Positions 46,817 to 57,094 are shown, counted from the first letter of the stretch. The stretch: 64,000 nucleotides of DNA from a virus (IMGVR_UViG_3300021400_000025:310479-374478); one strand, 5' to 3'. The notes: generated by a model from the sequence alone, not told the origin. Program-made: numbers and translations.

Positions 46817-46860
46817 CGTAAATTCTCTCTATGTTTCTTTCTGTTCGTCTTCCACATGGC

Positions 46861-46893
46861 TATTTACCATTGTTATGCGAAAATAGGTAAATA
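46861..46893. promoter_or_regulatory. divergent pair of late-type promoters
   Basis: TATTTAC-19 nt-GTAAATA. Confidence 0.7.
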
Positions 46894-46921
46894 GAAAAGC
46901 ACAACCATAGAGAACAACAAA

Positions 46922-48202
46922 ATGAAGAAACTGAGCATAACGAAGGAGCGGTTCGAGAAGTCAAGGTACTTCAAGAGAAAATATGGGACTTTGAAGTTCG
47001 TGTCAGAAAGTGGAAAGACCTTCAAGACAGACAAGGGAGAGGTCATACGGTTCGTCTCCGAGGCGAGGGAATATGTGGACGACGACAGCATTGAAGAGGA
47101 CAGTGCAGAGGAGTTCATCATATTCGATGACCCTGACATATTCAACAAGATTGCCAATGTCCACAAGAAGGAGGAGAAGAAGGTTGAGAAGGAAATCGAA
47201 CAGCAAGACATCACCAAGCAGGATGTTGTGCAGACTGCATAGAATGGACCTTCCATTGGCGGACAAGTGGCTTCATCTGCAATATCTGCCACAGGAAGCA
47301 TAATCTCCAATCCCACAGTGGTCACGCTCGCGGCGAGCGCATATGGAGCATCCAAGGCGAAGGAAACCGTGGACACCCTCAAGCAGGCCCTACAAGACTA
47401 CAAAGACCTCCAGAAATACCAGCAAGTCCAGCAAGTGGCGCGGAATTCTGTAGACGCATATACCAATAGAGTGTCCCAGAAATTGGGGGTGGATGTCAAG
47501 TTGTTAAACAAAGGACAGGAGTGGGTCAACAACCTCAGTGATTCTGAATTCAAGAGGCTGGGTCTGGACAAGGTTCCAGACCGCAGCATGGAATACTACA
47601 AGATTGTGTCTCAGGGACTGCCAGAGGGGGAGAGGGCTGCATTCTTGAAAAACGCAGAGAAGGTGGCAACCACTGCCGCATCTGCTGGCGCAGGTGCCGC
47701 CGGAGCAGGAGCAGCATCTGGAACAACCATATTTGGAATGAGCCTCGCAACAATTGGATGGATCGCGGCAGGAGTTGCTGCTGCAGCCATCATAACGCCG
47801 TACATCTACGACAAAGTGAGAGCCTGCACCAAGACTTGGCTTGCCGACATCATAGCAGAAGTCAAGTTCAAGGCAGATGGAAAGGACTACAGATGCTTCT
47901 ACGACCTTGACGAGAACAAGTGGATTCTCACATACGCGAACGTGAAGTGGACAAGCTACATGGACAACAAGCTGGACAAGGAGACAACAGACGAGTTCTT
48001 CAACTCCCAGTTCTTCAAGAAGTTCCTTGACAAGTGCAAGCAGACGTTCGCGTTCCTGTTCTCAACAGGAAAGAACGAAGTCGTGTTCAAGACCCTCCCT
48101 GAAATCAAGGACGCGCCAAAGGAACTCAAGGACATCCTGGAGAAGATTTACGACAACAAGGGCGCAATCACGAAGAATCTGTTCACAGGCAGACACGATT
48201 GA
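46922..48202 (+). CDS. putative internal-head/ejected protein with shared 44-aa leader and Gly/Ala-rich hydrophobic helix (426 aa), 1 in-frame TAG
   Basis: TAG 47240 joins two ORFs; leader 31/44 identical to the 30870 gene by manual alignment. Confidence 0.75.
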
Positions 48203-48225
48203 ACCAATTGCTCCCAAGAAGGTAG

Positions 48226-48257
48226 AAAAGGCTGGGAAATCAACTTCCCAGCCTTTT
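48226..48257. terminator. bidirectional intrinsic terminator
   Basis: AAAAGGCTGGGAA...TTCCCAGCCTTTT. Confidence 0.85.
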
Positions 48258-48280
48258 GCCTGCAATGTAAATGCATCAAG

Positions 48281-50494
48281 TCATGCATCAACGCATGTGT
48301 GCTTGACCCTCTGTTCAGTCTCCTTCTGCTTGCCATAGTTGAACGCAGTCTTGTAGTCGCCGGTCAAGTAGCCTGTCACGCGGCGGAGACGCTGGATGTT
48401 CGTGGAGCCGCACTGTGGACATTTCTTCCCAATCTCGTCCGTGTACCCACAATCGTTGCAGATGTCGTTCGGGACGTTGATTGCGAAATAGGGGATATCG
48501 TGATCCATGGCATAGTTCACAAGTTCCTCAACAGCCTGGATGTTGTTCTTCGCCGTCCCATCAAGTTCAACATAGGTGATGCAACCTGCCGATGAATATC
48601 CCGTCAACTGACTTTCAAGGTCAATCTTCTCAAACGGCGTCATCTTCTCCCACACAGGAACATGCATGGAATTGGTGAAGTAGTCGTGGTCGGAGACATG
48701 TTCAATCTCGCCATACTTCGCCTTGAACTTCTTCATCGCAGTGTAACACAGGTTCTCAGCCGGAGTGAAATACACGCCAAAGTTCAGCTTGTGTTCCTTC
48801 TTGAACTCCGCGCACCTGTCCTTGAACAACTGCTCAATGTGTTTCGCCAACTCCATTCCCTTCTTCGTGGTGTGGTTGCATCCAATGAGGATATGAAGTG
48901 TCTCCGCCAATCCCAACTGACCAATAGCCAAAGTGCCATGCTTCAACGCGGACTTGATTCCCTCTTCGGGCTTGTAGCCATACATTGTCCCATTTTCGTA
49001 CATGAACTTCGCGGACGCTGCCGGCTGAGAGCTTATCCAATCGAACCTTTCAAGCAAGGAATCCTTCGCCTCATGTATCTTCTTGTCCAAGAGCTTCATG
49101 AACTCCTCCACGACGTCAGTTCCAGCCTTCTCAGCCTTCTTCTTGGCCTGCATCGCCAATGTCGGCATAATGATTGTCGTCGGACATATGTTTCCGCGGC
49201 CGTCCTTCAACTGAACCAACTTGGGGTCTTCCGCGTTGATATCGGCAAGGTTGGCGGTTCTGCATCCCATCGTGCTGAAATAGGTGCATGGGTTGTTGGG
49301 GTCATAGCCAGCTGCATTAGACCAATCCACGTTCGCATAGTTCGGATACAATCTCAATGCAGTTGACTTGCAAGCCAACTTGAACAAGTCGTAGTTGGGA
49401 TCGCCCTTTTTTCTGTTCACGCCCTTCATGCACTGGAAGATGCCACATGGGAATATGCTCGTCTTGTGGAATTTGCCAATTCCCTTGATAGAACCCTCAA
49501 TCAGGGCTTTCGTCACCATGCGTCCCTCTGGCAACGTGCATGTGCCATAGTTGATGGATGTGAACGGAAGCTGATTTCCACTTCTGCTCTGAAGGGTGTT
49601 GAGGTTGTGGTACATTCCCTCAACTGCCTGCTCAAGTTCCTGAACGGTCTTGTCCATTGCGTACTTGTATGCTTCAGTGTCCTTATTGTAGATGTTTGCA
49701 TCTATTGAAAGTTCACGCACCTGTTCCTTCGTATGTCCAGAAATCTCGTTCTCCTTCTCAATGTACTTCATTCCATCCAAATAGTGCTTCCAGAAGCTCA
49801 AACGCACGTACGGAACCATCGTCCAGTCTAGGTGCGTAGCAGCTACTCCACCAAACTGCTGAAGGGATTGAAGTTGGAATATCACAGCCACCAACTGAAA
49901 TGCCGTGCTGATTGAACCTGCTGGTCTTATATCACCCTGCCTTGTGTTGAAGCCCTCTTTCAGCAACTTGTCAAATGGTATCGACAAGCAATTATGGGAG
50001 CCAACCGCGTAGGCATCAAGGTCGTGGATGTATACCTCGTTGTTGTTGTGGTTGTGCCTTGTCTTCTTCGACACCAGATGCTCAAGGGCGTAGTTTTTCA
50101 TCACATAGGAAGCGGTCTCGCCCATTCTCCCACCAAATGAATACTCATCAACGTTGGCGTTCTGGTTCTGGACATTGGATGCGGTCAGCTTCTCAGTGAG
50201 GTATTTGGTGTTCCTGACCCTCTCCTTCTCGTAGCGGTATGTGATGTACTTCTTCGCCACCTCGTATCCCGCGGCCTCCATTATCTTCTTCTCAATGACA
50301 TCTTCCAGTATGTCTATGTCAATAGGCTCTTCCAATGTCTCGCAGAACGCAACAACTGAATCTGTTATGCGCTTCAACTGCTTTGAGGTCAGCTTCTCGT
50401 CTGCCTTTACGTTCTCGTTTGCCTTGATTATTGAATTCAGAATCTTCTTCGGCTCCAGGTCTTCAACCTTGCCATCTCGTTTAATCACTGTCAT
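48281..50494 (-). CDS. nrdD: anaerobic ribonucleoside-triphosphate reductase with ATP cone
   Basis: VIKRDG ATP cone, YIHDLD, TMGCRT, TPAENL, CxxC..CxxC, RVTGYL. Confidence 0.97.
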   Translation of the reverse strand: MTVIKRDGKVEDLEPKKILNSIIKANENVKADEKLTSKQLKRITDSVVAFCETLEEPIDIDILEDVIEKKIMEAAGYEVAKKYITYRYEKERVRNTKYLTEKLTASNVQNQNANVDEYSFGGRMGETASYVMKNYALEHLVSKKTRHNHNNNEVYIHDLDAYAVGSHNCLSIPFDKLLKEGFNTRQGDIRPAGSISTAFQLVAVIFQLQSLQQFGGVAATHLDWTMVPYVRLSFWKHYLDGMKYIEKENEISGHTKEQVRELSIDANIYNKDTEAYKYAMDKTVQELEQAVEGMYHNLNTLQSRSGNQLPFTSINYGTCTLPEGRMVTKALIEGSIKGIGKFHKTSIFPCGIFQCMKGVNRKKGDPNYDLFKLACKSTALRLYPNYANVDWSNAAGYDPNNPCTYFSTMGCRTANLADINAEDPKLVQLKDGRGNICPTTIIMPTLAMQAKKKAEKAGTDVVEEFMKLLDKKIHEAKDSLLERFDWISSQPAASAKFMYENGTMYGYKPEEGIKSALKHGTLAIGQLGLAETLHILIGCNHTTKKGMELAKHIEQLFKDRCAEFKKEHKLNFGVYFTPAENLCYTAMKKFKAKYGEIEHVSDHDYFTNSMHVPVWEKMTPFEKIDLESQLTGYSSAGCITYVELDGTAKNNIQAVEELVNYAMDHDIPYFAINVPNDICNDCGYTDEIGKKCPQCGSTNIQRLRRVTGYLTGDYKTAFNYGKQKETEQRVKHTCVDA

Positions 50495-50507
50495 TTCCGT
50501 TTACCCT

Positions 50508-51023
50508 TCAATTTCTAAAATTCACTTCAACTATCTTTCCAGACTTCAATGTCTTCTTGACGTCAATCACCCTCTGGTTGGATGAACCTCTGAATGGGCA
50601 TGAAAGATCCTTCTTCTCCTGGATGAACTCGCCATCGACAATGACATCAACACAGTCGAGAATGCCCTTCATGCTGTTGTCTGTTGAAATGTCCTCGAAC
50701 CTGTATCCTGTCCAAAGCCAAATGTCCTTGGTTGGAAACTGTTTCTTGACCTCACTGCATAGATTGATAATCTGAGTTCTATTGTCGGAGCATACACTAA
50801 GTGGCTCGCCACCCATCAGGCTCAAGCCATCACATGTTGGTTTTTCAAGTTCACCGAAAATCTTCTGTTTCGCTTCTTCGTCAAATGGCTTTCCAAACTC
50901 AGGTTCCTGAGCCTCAGGGTTGAAGCATCCTGGACATTTGCGCAAACAACCAGTGACCCACAATGTGCATCTAAACCCCAGTCCATTGGAAATGTCGGCC
51001 TTCAAAATCTTTGTGTAATTCAT
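50508..51023 (-). CDS. nrdG: anaerobic RNR activating enzyme
   Basis: GCLRKCPGCFN, GGEPL, FRGSSNQR. Confidence 0.95.
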   Translation of the reverse strand: MNYTKILKADISNGLGFRCTLWVTGCLRKCPGCFNPEAQEPEFGKPFDEEAKQKIFGELEKPTCDGLSLMGGEPLSVCSDNRTQIINLCSEVKKQFPTKDIWLWTGYRFEDISTDNSMKGILDCVDVIVDGEFIQEKKDLSCPFRGSSNQRVIDVKKTLKSGKIVEVNFRN

Positions 51024-51232
51024 GCTTTGTATCACCTTAAAATTTCAACTTGTCCAAGCTATATTTACGCCACACCACCCTTCAATTATACCCTTGTTCA
51101 ACAACAATAATTCGACAAAATTTTCCATCAACCCCAATGTTTTCATTCGATTTTTTGTATATATGGGGAAAGAAAAAGGACGCCCATCAGAGAGCATCCT
51201 TGGCAACAACAGAAAGTCATTGTTGTATTTCA

Positions 51233-52951
51233 TCAGTTCCTGCGGAACACATACCCATCTTCCTCGAAATAATCGTTGATGAGAAGGTCTCTTCCGAAGG
51301 AATCGTAGTCGAAGTAATTACGTACTGTGTCTGGAGCCAACTGGTCAACGCCACCAAGACTATCAACATAGTCATAGGCAACCTGCTGGTCCGATTCGTA
51401 CTCGCCCTGGTCATAGCCATCGTTGTCGTAGTAGTGATCTGGATCTTCAGGCTCTCCTTCGGAGTCCGTGTTGTCGGGATCTCCACGGTGGAAATCATAC
51501 ATCAAGTCGCGTCCAAAGGAATCGTAGTCGAAGTATGTGTCAAGGTTCTCCTGACCAACACTGTCCCAGCCCATGTCGTCAACAATATGGTAGGCGAAAT
51601 CCTCTGGGGAGTCAAACTGTCCTTCGTATGCGTCCTCAAAGTCCTCAATGCTGTCGTTGTCGGTGTAGCTGACATATGCTGCGTAGGCATCCTTCTGGGA
51701 ATCGTCCATCAAGTAGTATTCGTTGATCTTGTCAAACTCCTCCTCGGTTGGCAGACCACCTTCGTGATACCACTTCTCTGGGAAGTTCTCGTAGTCCTGA
51801 ACCATGAACTCCGGATCATCCTCGTCCTCATGCAGCTTGTAGCAGGCTTCAAGGAACTCCTCGTATGTGTTGTACTTGGACAGGTCAATCCACTTGCCAT
51901 CAATGCTGCCATTGTTGTACTTGGCGTATGTACCAACGTAGATTTTTGGGGTATCGCCAATGTAGTTGTCCCCATCGTCGGCTTCCTTCAACATTTTTAT
52001 CTTATTCACAACAACCATTGGAGTTGAATTGTCATAGTTTCTTCCCATTTTTACCTGCACAGATATGTTGTCATATCTTTGTTCAAGTAGTTCAGCAAAC
52101 TCTTTAGCATCTTTGATGCTATAATCATCGTCAAATAAAATAAAAGATGTATTATCATCACCTCTTACATTTTTAACACCAACAACATTTTCGTCGCCAA
52201 GGTCGCTTATCAACTTGAGAAAGTTACGTCCATTCGCCATGAACGGAAACTTTGCATTTTCCTTCACAATCTTTCTGGATTTCATCTTCTGCTTCCCAGT
52301 GGATTCGTTGTACACATCAATGCTTGTTCTATTGACAATCCTGTAAATGGTATCATCGTCCTCAATGCCCTCATATCCTCCAGGGAGGTCAACGATGTCG
52401 CGGTAGTTGAATTCCTCAATCGTCTGAATTTCAGGATATCTGTTGAAGAGGTCTTCCATCAGAAAGAAATAGTCGTCAGCCTCAGCTCCATCGCCAGACA
52501 TATCATTGATGTCTTCAAGTTCCTGCGCGAACTTCTGGACTTTCCTCTTGTCCTGTCCATAATACAATCCATGAATCGCCGTGTGCATGTTCCTGAAATT
52601 GACTGCCCACATTATCTGCTTTCTGGATTCGTTCACCATATCCTAATCCTCATCGCTGAAATCTTCGTCTTCTTCTTCATGATAGCCGACATCCTTGAAT
52701 CCCTTTGCGTCAATCGCTGCAAGAAACTCTGGAATCTGGTCCTTTGAAATGAAATCCTCATCGTACAGCTCGTACTCTCTGTCTCCATAGTCCACCCTTC
52801 CAATTGGCGCACCTCTGTAGTAGATTTCATATCCATGGTCATAGCCACCAAGACCCATTTCCCAATTGCCGCAACGTCCATGCTTGCCGTTGTCGTCAAT
52901 CTGATCCATGACCTTCCTCAATGGGGCGAAATTCAATTTCCTTGTCTTCAT
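51233..52951 (-). CDS. ardA: multi-module polyprotein ending in an ArdA anti-restriction domain (572 aa), 1 in-frame TAG
   Basis: KIYVGTYAKYNNGSIDGKW, EFMVQDYENFP, YFDYDSFGRDL; ORF 52643-52957 joins across TAG 52643; GTAAATA at 52985-52991. Confidence 0.85.
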
Positions 52952-53002
52952 TTGCAAATCTCTATGTTGATTGTTTTCAAAGACTATTTACAAAAAAGGC
53001 GA

Positions 53003-53164
53003 TTATTTCACGACAACGCGGTCATGTCCATCCCAATCAGTGAATTCAATGTTGGAGATGTCCTTGTACCAATCCTTGTCCTCGTCAATCAGAAAAACCT
53101 CGACGTTTCCACGCTGTCTCTCCAATTCAGAAAGGCGTTCAATCATTTCAAGCAATCGCATCAT
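53003..53164 (-). CDS. small hypothetical protein (53 aa)
   Basis: AAGGAG RBS; ATGA overlap with the upstream gene. Confidence 0.6.
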   Translation of the reverse strand: MMRLLEMIERLSELERQRGNVEVFLIDEDKDWYKDISNIEFTDWDGHDRVVVK

Positions 53165-53610
53165 TTCTCCTTCAGTTGATCTTGTTCCATGTTTGAAAGC
53201 ATGGTGTTGACGAACCTGCCATAGTCAAGGTATCGAATTCTCGTTCCAGCCTTGATTTGCTCAAAGATGTTCTGGTCTCTGATTCCATTCAACTTCATCA
53301 AAAACCACGCCAATCTGGTTGAGCCATACACCTTCCATGATATCGAGGGCCAATGCATGTCTGTTGGGCAGATGTACCATTGGCAAACCTCGTCTGGAAT
53401 GTCAATCAAGTAGAAGGTTGAATTCAAATTGTACTGCCATCGCCCTTCCTTGTCTATGAACAAAGAGAACATCTTGTCAAGGTCGAAGAAGTCAGGGGAG
53501 GCATCATTGGATGAATGGACATATTGATCTATTTCATCAACATACACCCCATCCATCGAATATGGCTTTCCAACCACCTTGTTGTTCTGCAATCCTCTGC
53601 TCTCGGACAT
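53161..53610 (-). CDS. gp53: baseplate wedge protein (T4 gp53/LysM-like)
   Basis: W..ISWKVYG...LAW.L..LN.I pattern; GTAAATA at 53631-53637. Confidence 0.7.
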   Translation of the reverse strand: MSESRGLQNNKVVGKPYSMDGVYVDEIDQYVHSSNDASPDFFDLDKMFSLFIDKEGRWQYNLNSTFYLIDIPDEVCQWYICPTDMHWPSISWKVYGSTRLAWFLMKLNGIRDQNIFEQIKAGTRIRYLDYGRFVNTMLSNMEQDQLKEK

Positions 53611-53639
53611 GATATGCTCTCCTCATCATGTATTTACCA

Positions 53640-54026
53640 TCATGCACTCAATCTTGACTTGATTTTCCGCCAATATGGCTTGGTTCTGCTCTTGCGATGC
53701 CCCTTTGGACCACCATTCCAGATTCTTGCGTACTTCTCGTTCGTGGCATTGACTCCCCCATGCAGAAGAAGGTATTTGCGGCAGATCTCCCTTGATTTCT
53801 CAATGGATTTTCTGTCGGCGTAGGTGTAGGAGGTTCCATACGCCTTGTTCACGTCGTCAACAACTTCCTTGTGGATTTGCAAGGGTCCGATGGCTTTTCC
53901 ATTGTCCCCAACAGCATGAGCCTCACCATTTGACTCAACATGAACAAGCGCGTCAATCAACCTCTCGGAAGGAGAGGCGAACGCTGAAAGACATGTCATG
54001 AGCAATATGAACGGCAGAAAACGCAT
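53640..54026 (-). CDS. lysozyme-like/lytic transglycosylase with signal peptide
   Basis: L..VES.G...AVGD.G.A.G.LQI...ARIWNGG; hydrophobic N-terminus. Confidence 0.85.
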   Translation of the reverse strand: MRFLPFILLMTCLSAFASPSERLIDALVHVESNGEAHAVGDNGKAIGPLQIHKEVVDDVNKAYGTSYTYADRKSIEKSREICRKYLLLHGGVNATNEKYARIWNGGPKGHRKSRTKPYWRKIKSRLSA

Positions 54027-54032
54027 AGGCTT

Positions 54033-54308
54033 CTATTTACCATTCTCGAACAGCCCAATGTAGAGGAACTTGGCGCACACGCTGAACGCGAAATTCCCTA
54101 CATGGTAGTTGAACACGGTGATTTTGTCGAACAAGAAGGATATTGCGTCTTCATGGTCTGAAAACCTAATCTCGTCTCCTCCTGGCATCACCACCACTAT
54201 CGTCCAATAGGATGGCATTGAGTCACTGGAGCAGGTTCCAATCAACCCCTCCATGAACTCTTCCTGCGTGTAGGGGGTGGTTCTCTTGCAGATGTCAACG
54301 AGGGTCAT
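54033..54308 (-). CDS. hypothetical protein; TAG-terminated and in frame with the downstream muramidase
   Basis: last ORF of the early cluster. Confidence 0.6.
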   Translation of the reverse strand: MTLVDICKRTTPYTQEEFMEGLIGTCSSDSMPSYWTIVVVMPGGDEIRFSDHEDAISFLFDKITVFNYHVGNFAFSVCAKFLYIGLFENGK

Positions 54309-54311
54309 GTT

Positions 54312-54641
54312 TCAATTTTCCTTCCATTTCAACTTGCTGAACGCCTCAATAACATCAGCGTCGATGTTCGTCCTTCCATCCTTGGAATCCTCAACCCAAA
54401 CAGTGATACCGCAATGGCTGTCGGTCACCCAAGAAGTGATGGAAACCTCCCGTATGGTTTTTGACAAGGAGGCGTTGAACAAATCACCAAGAAACTCCCC
54501 GACTCCATCTTTACTGTAGCACCTAAACTTTTGTTCAAAACTGTTCTTGTAGGTGCATACGATGATTGACTTGATTGGGAGATTGCCCTTGCTCTTGAGG
54601 ACAGCCCCCAATTCCCAAACTATTTCGCAACTGCTTCTCAT
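54312..54641 (-). CDS. hypothetical protein (paralog of the 55335-56039 C-terminal domain)
   Basis: manual alignment. Confidence 0.7.
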   Translation of the reverse strand: MRSSCEIVWELGAVLKSKGNLPIKSIIVCTYKNSFEQKFRCYSKDGVGEFLGDLFNASLSKTIREVSITSWVTDSHCGITVWVEDSKDGRTNIDADVIEAFSKLKWKEN

Positions 54642-54644
54642 TGA

Positions 54645-54884
54645 TCAGAACTCCGCGTTGCGCATGTTCCTGAACAATTCCTCGGGACGATTGATGTAGT
54701 GGATTGCGAACCAAGTGGCCGAGAACGCCATCCAAAGCAGATAGATTGGGAAGATGACGATGGTGGCGACAACCCCCAGAATCCAAGCAGGTATCATCAC
54801 CAGAAGGACATAGGGGAGCGACTTCCTGTTTGTCCTCTTGCGATATTCCTCAACCTGCCCACCAAACAATTGATAATCTGTCAT
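54645..54884 (-). CDS. small membrane protein
   Basis: long hydrophobic stretch; GAGGAG RBS. Confidence 0.7.
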   Translation of the reverse strand: MTDYQLFGGQVEEYRKRTNRKSLPYVLLVMIPAWILGVVATIVIFPIYLLWMAFSATWFAIHYINRPEELFRNMRNAEF

Positions 54885-54915
54885 GTCTATTCTCCTCGTT
54901 TCAATCAACACCAAT

Positions 54916-54945
54916 ATTATAGCATATCAACATGCCCAATGTCAA
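54916..54945 (-). promoter_or_regulatory. consensus sigma70-type (early) promoter
   Basis: CCCC-TTGACA-18 nt (TG extension)-TATAAT. Confidence 0.8.
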
Positions 54946-55313
54946 GGGGCTTTGCAAATCCAAATGCCATAGAAGAACCTCGTATGTCCTGCAACACCCG
55001 CGCTTCCTTCCTCAGTGAGACGAAACACCTCATATCCTTGACACCCACACAAGTCGAACAAGTAATGTAGGACTTGGTACTTGTCAGCAGTCTTGTGGGA
55101 CTTGAGCGTTGTCTTGTTGCCTTTCCTTGAGCAAAGGAACAAGTCGAAATATGGATACTTACCCTGATTCTTGTCGTCCGTGAGAATTTCACAAATTCGG
55201 GTCATGAACTCACCTGTGTTTATGTGGTTCTCGTATGAACACAAGAACAGTTGCGCAAGTTCCGAAATGTATTGTGGCTTCTCGTAGCAGTCCATCGTCA
55301 TGTCTCCAATCAT
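54942..55313 (-). CDS. hypothetical protein
   Basis: ORF fills a gap in the co-oriented cluster. Confidence 0.6.
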   Translation of the reverse strand: MIGDMTMDCYEKPQYISELAQLFLCSYENHINTGEFMTRICEILTDDKNQGKYPYFDLFLCSRKGNKTTLKSHKTADKYQVLHYLFDLCGCQGYEVFRLTEEGSAGVAGHTRFFYGIWICKAP

Positions 55314-55334
55314 TCATGCCCAACTGTGGAAAAA

Positions 55335-56039
55335 TCACATCGACATTCCAGACAATATGTCGTCAATCTTAAAATCCAAATCTGAGTATCCATAATATCC
55401 ACTAGCTGGATTGAACGACACATTGGTTGACGAATTGGAATCCATGACATTCCCAATCATTTCGATGAGGTCGGCATTTATGTTACTGATAGTATTTCCT
55501 GTAAGCACGACTCCAATTCCAAGAATCCCCTTGGTGCGCTTGTAGCTTGGGGTGAAGTTGAACTCGCAAATGTCGTATGAAAGCGACAAACCCATCAAGG
55601 TGTCATATACCTCGTCCTTATCGAAGCAATACTTGATTCTATTGTTGTGCTGAGACAAGCCACCGTTTTCGTTCAGAAACTCGTCCACGCCAAGTTTGCC
55701 ATTGCCAATTTCCCAAATGTCAACTCCCCTAATGGGGCATCCACTTGCAGAAGCAAGGACATTTCTCAGCTTCCCCATGATGTCGGAATTGGCACATATT
55801 GGCTGGACAAGAACATGAGTCTCCTTCTTGGTTTCCTTCGCTACAGGGACAATGGAAATTTCAGATTCCTCACTGCCACCCTCATCGAGAACAGCACTTG
55901 CCTTTGGTGCAAGCGTCTCTTTCTGACATACGCGCTTGGTTCGCTTGAACTCAATTATCTTCGTCGCAATGACATAGACCAGATATGACGGCACGGAGAT
56001 TGCCGAACCAAACACGAACAAGGTAATAAGTGTTTCCAT
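55335..56039 (-). CDS. membrane-anchored hypothetical protein
   Basis: GGAGG RBS; N-terminal hydrophobic helix. Confidence 0.7.
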   Translation of the reverse strand: METLITLFVFGSAISVPSYLVYVIATKIIEFKRTKRVCQKETLAPKASAVLDEGGSEESEISIVPVAKETKKETHVLVQPICANSDIMGKLRNVLASASGCPIRGVDIWEIGNGKLGVDEFLNENGGLSQHNNRIKYCFDKDEVYDTLMGLSLSYDICEFNFTPSYKRTKGILGIGVVLTGNTISNINADLIEMIGNVMDSNSSTNVSFNPASGYYGYSDLDFKIDDILSGMSM

Positions 56040-56058
56040 GTTTATGCCTCCAATTTCA

Positions 56059-56796
56059 TCAGACATACTCAATGGTTGAGCGGATGTCAACAATGTCAAT
56101 GTCAACGCCATACTTGAAGGAAATCGTCTTGCGCAACTCGTTGATTTTGGTCTGGAGGGCAACATCCGCAAAGTCCTTCTTGGATGCTTTCATGTGGACG
56201 GCGAAGCAAAGACGCGCCTTGCCATCCTTGGTCAGCTTCACCTTCACAGTGTCTGCGTCCACGCTGAACTCCTGGGGGATGCCGGTTCCAGACAAGTCCT
56301 TGGCGAAGGTTGCCTTGACATTGCCAACGAGTTCGGCATTGAAGTGGCTCACGGTCTTGCGCTTGTCGCCGAAGGTGAAAATCTTCGTTGACTTGGAAGC
56401 CTCGTTGAAGTCGTATAGGCAGGCAACGCCATACTTCTGCCCCAGACGTTCAACCAACATCTTCTTCCACGCCTTGTGGAAGACTCCACCACTCTTTCCC
56501 TTTCCGAATGTCCCATCTGATATTCTGGCACGATATGACTCAACCACCTTGTACCAACCAAGGTGGTCATATACGCGCATCACCTCGTCTGCGTCACTCG
56601 CTGCCAACTCCACGATTCCAACCATGCGTCCTGCGGCCTTTTCGCCATCCCAACACTCACCTTTCACAGCAAGCCCATAGTAGAGGATGCGCACCTTGGT
56701 GGCATTTTGGTGCTTCGCCCAGCTATGCAGGTCCTTCTCGGTGGGAAGTCCACCCTGGGGGTTGCCATAGATGATGATGTCGTGCCATGTCTTCAT
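56059..56796 (-). CDS. hypothetical protein
   Basis: GGGAG RBS; clean ORF. Confidence 0.75.
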   Translation of the reverse strand: MKTWHDIIIYGNPQGGLPTEKDLHSWAKHQNATKVRILYYGLAVKGECWDGEKAAGRMVGIVELAASDADEVMRVYDHLGWYKVVESYRARISDGTFGKGKSGGVFHKAWKKMLVERLGQKYGVACLYDFNEASKSTKIFTFGDKRKTVSHFNAELVGNVKATFAKDLSGTGIPQEFSVDADTVKVKLTKDGKARLCFAVHMKASKKDFADVALQTKINELRKTISFKYGVDIDIVDIRSTIEYV

Positions 56797-56798
56797 TG

Positions 56799-57071
56799 TC
56801 AAACTCCCTTCTTCACAAGAACCCTTGCGTGGAACTTGCCCCAGAATCCATCGTTGACATCCTGGCAGGAGTACATGTTGTCCGGCAGGACATCCACAAC
56901 CACAAGGTTGCGCGGAACTGCAGGATGGGAATAATGCACCTTGTCCCCAACTTTGAACTTTCTATAGACGAACCTGTTCTTGAAGATGCCGACCCTCTTC
57001 ACAGAAATGCCATAAGGTTCGTTTCTAAATGGGTCAAACAGACCCTTGAACCAGTCAACAATGGTTTTCAT
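56799..57071 (-). CDS. hypothetical protein (KOW/SH3-like FKVGDKV)
   Basis: AGGAG RBS. Confidence 0.65.
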   Translation of the reverse strand: MKTIVDWFKGLFDPFRNEPYGISVKRVGIFKNRFVYRKFKVGDKVHYSHPAVPRNLVVVDVLPDNMYSCQDVNDGFWGKFHARVLVKKGV

Positions 57072-57094
57072 TGTCTTTACTCCTTCTTCACATT

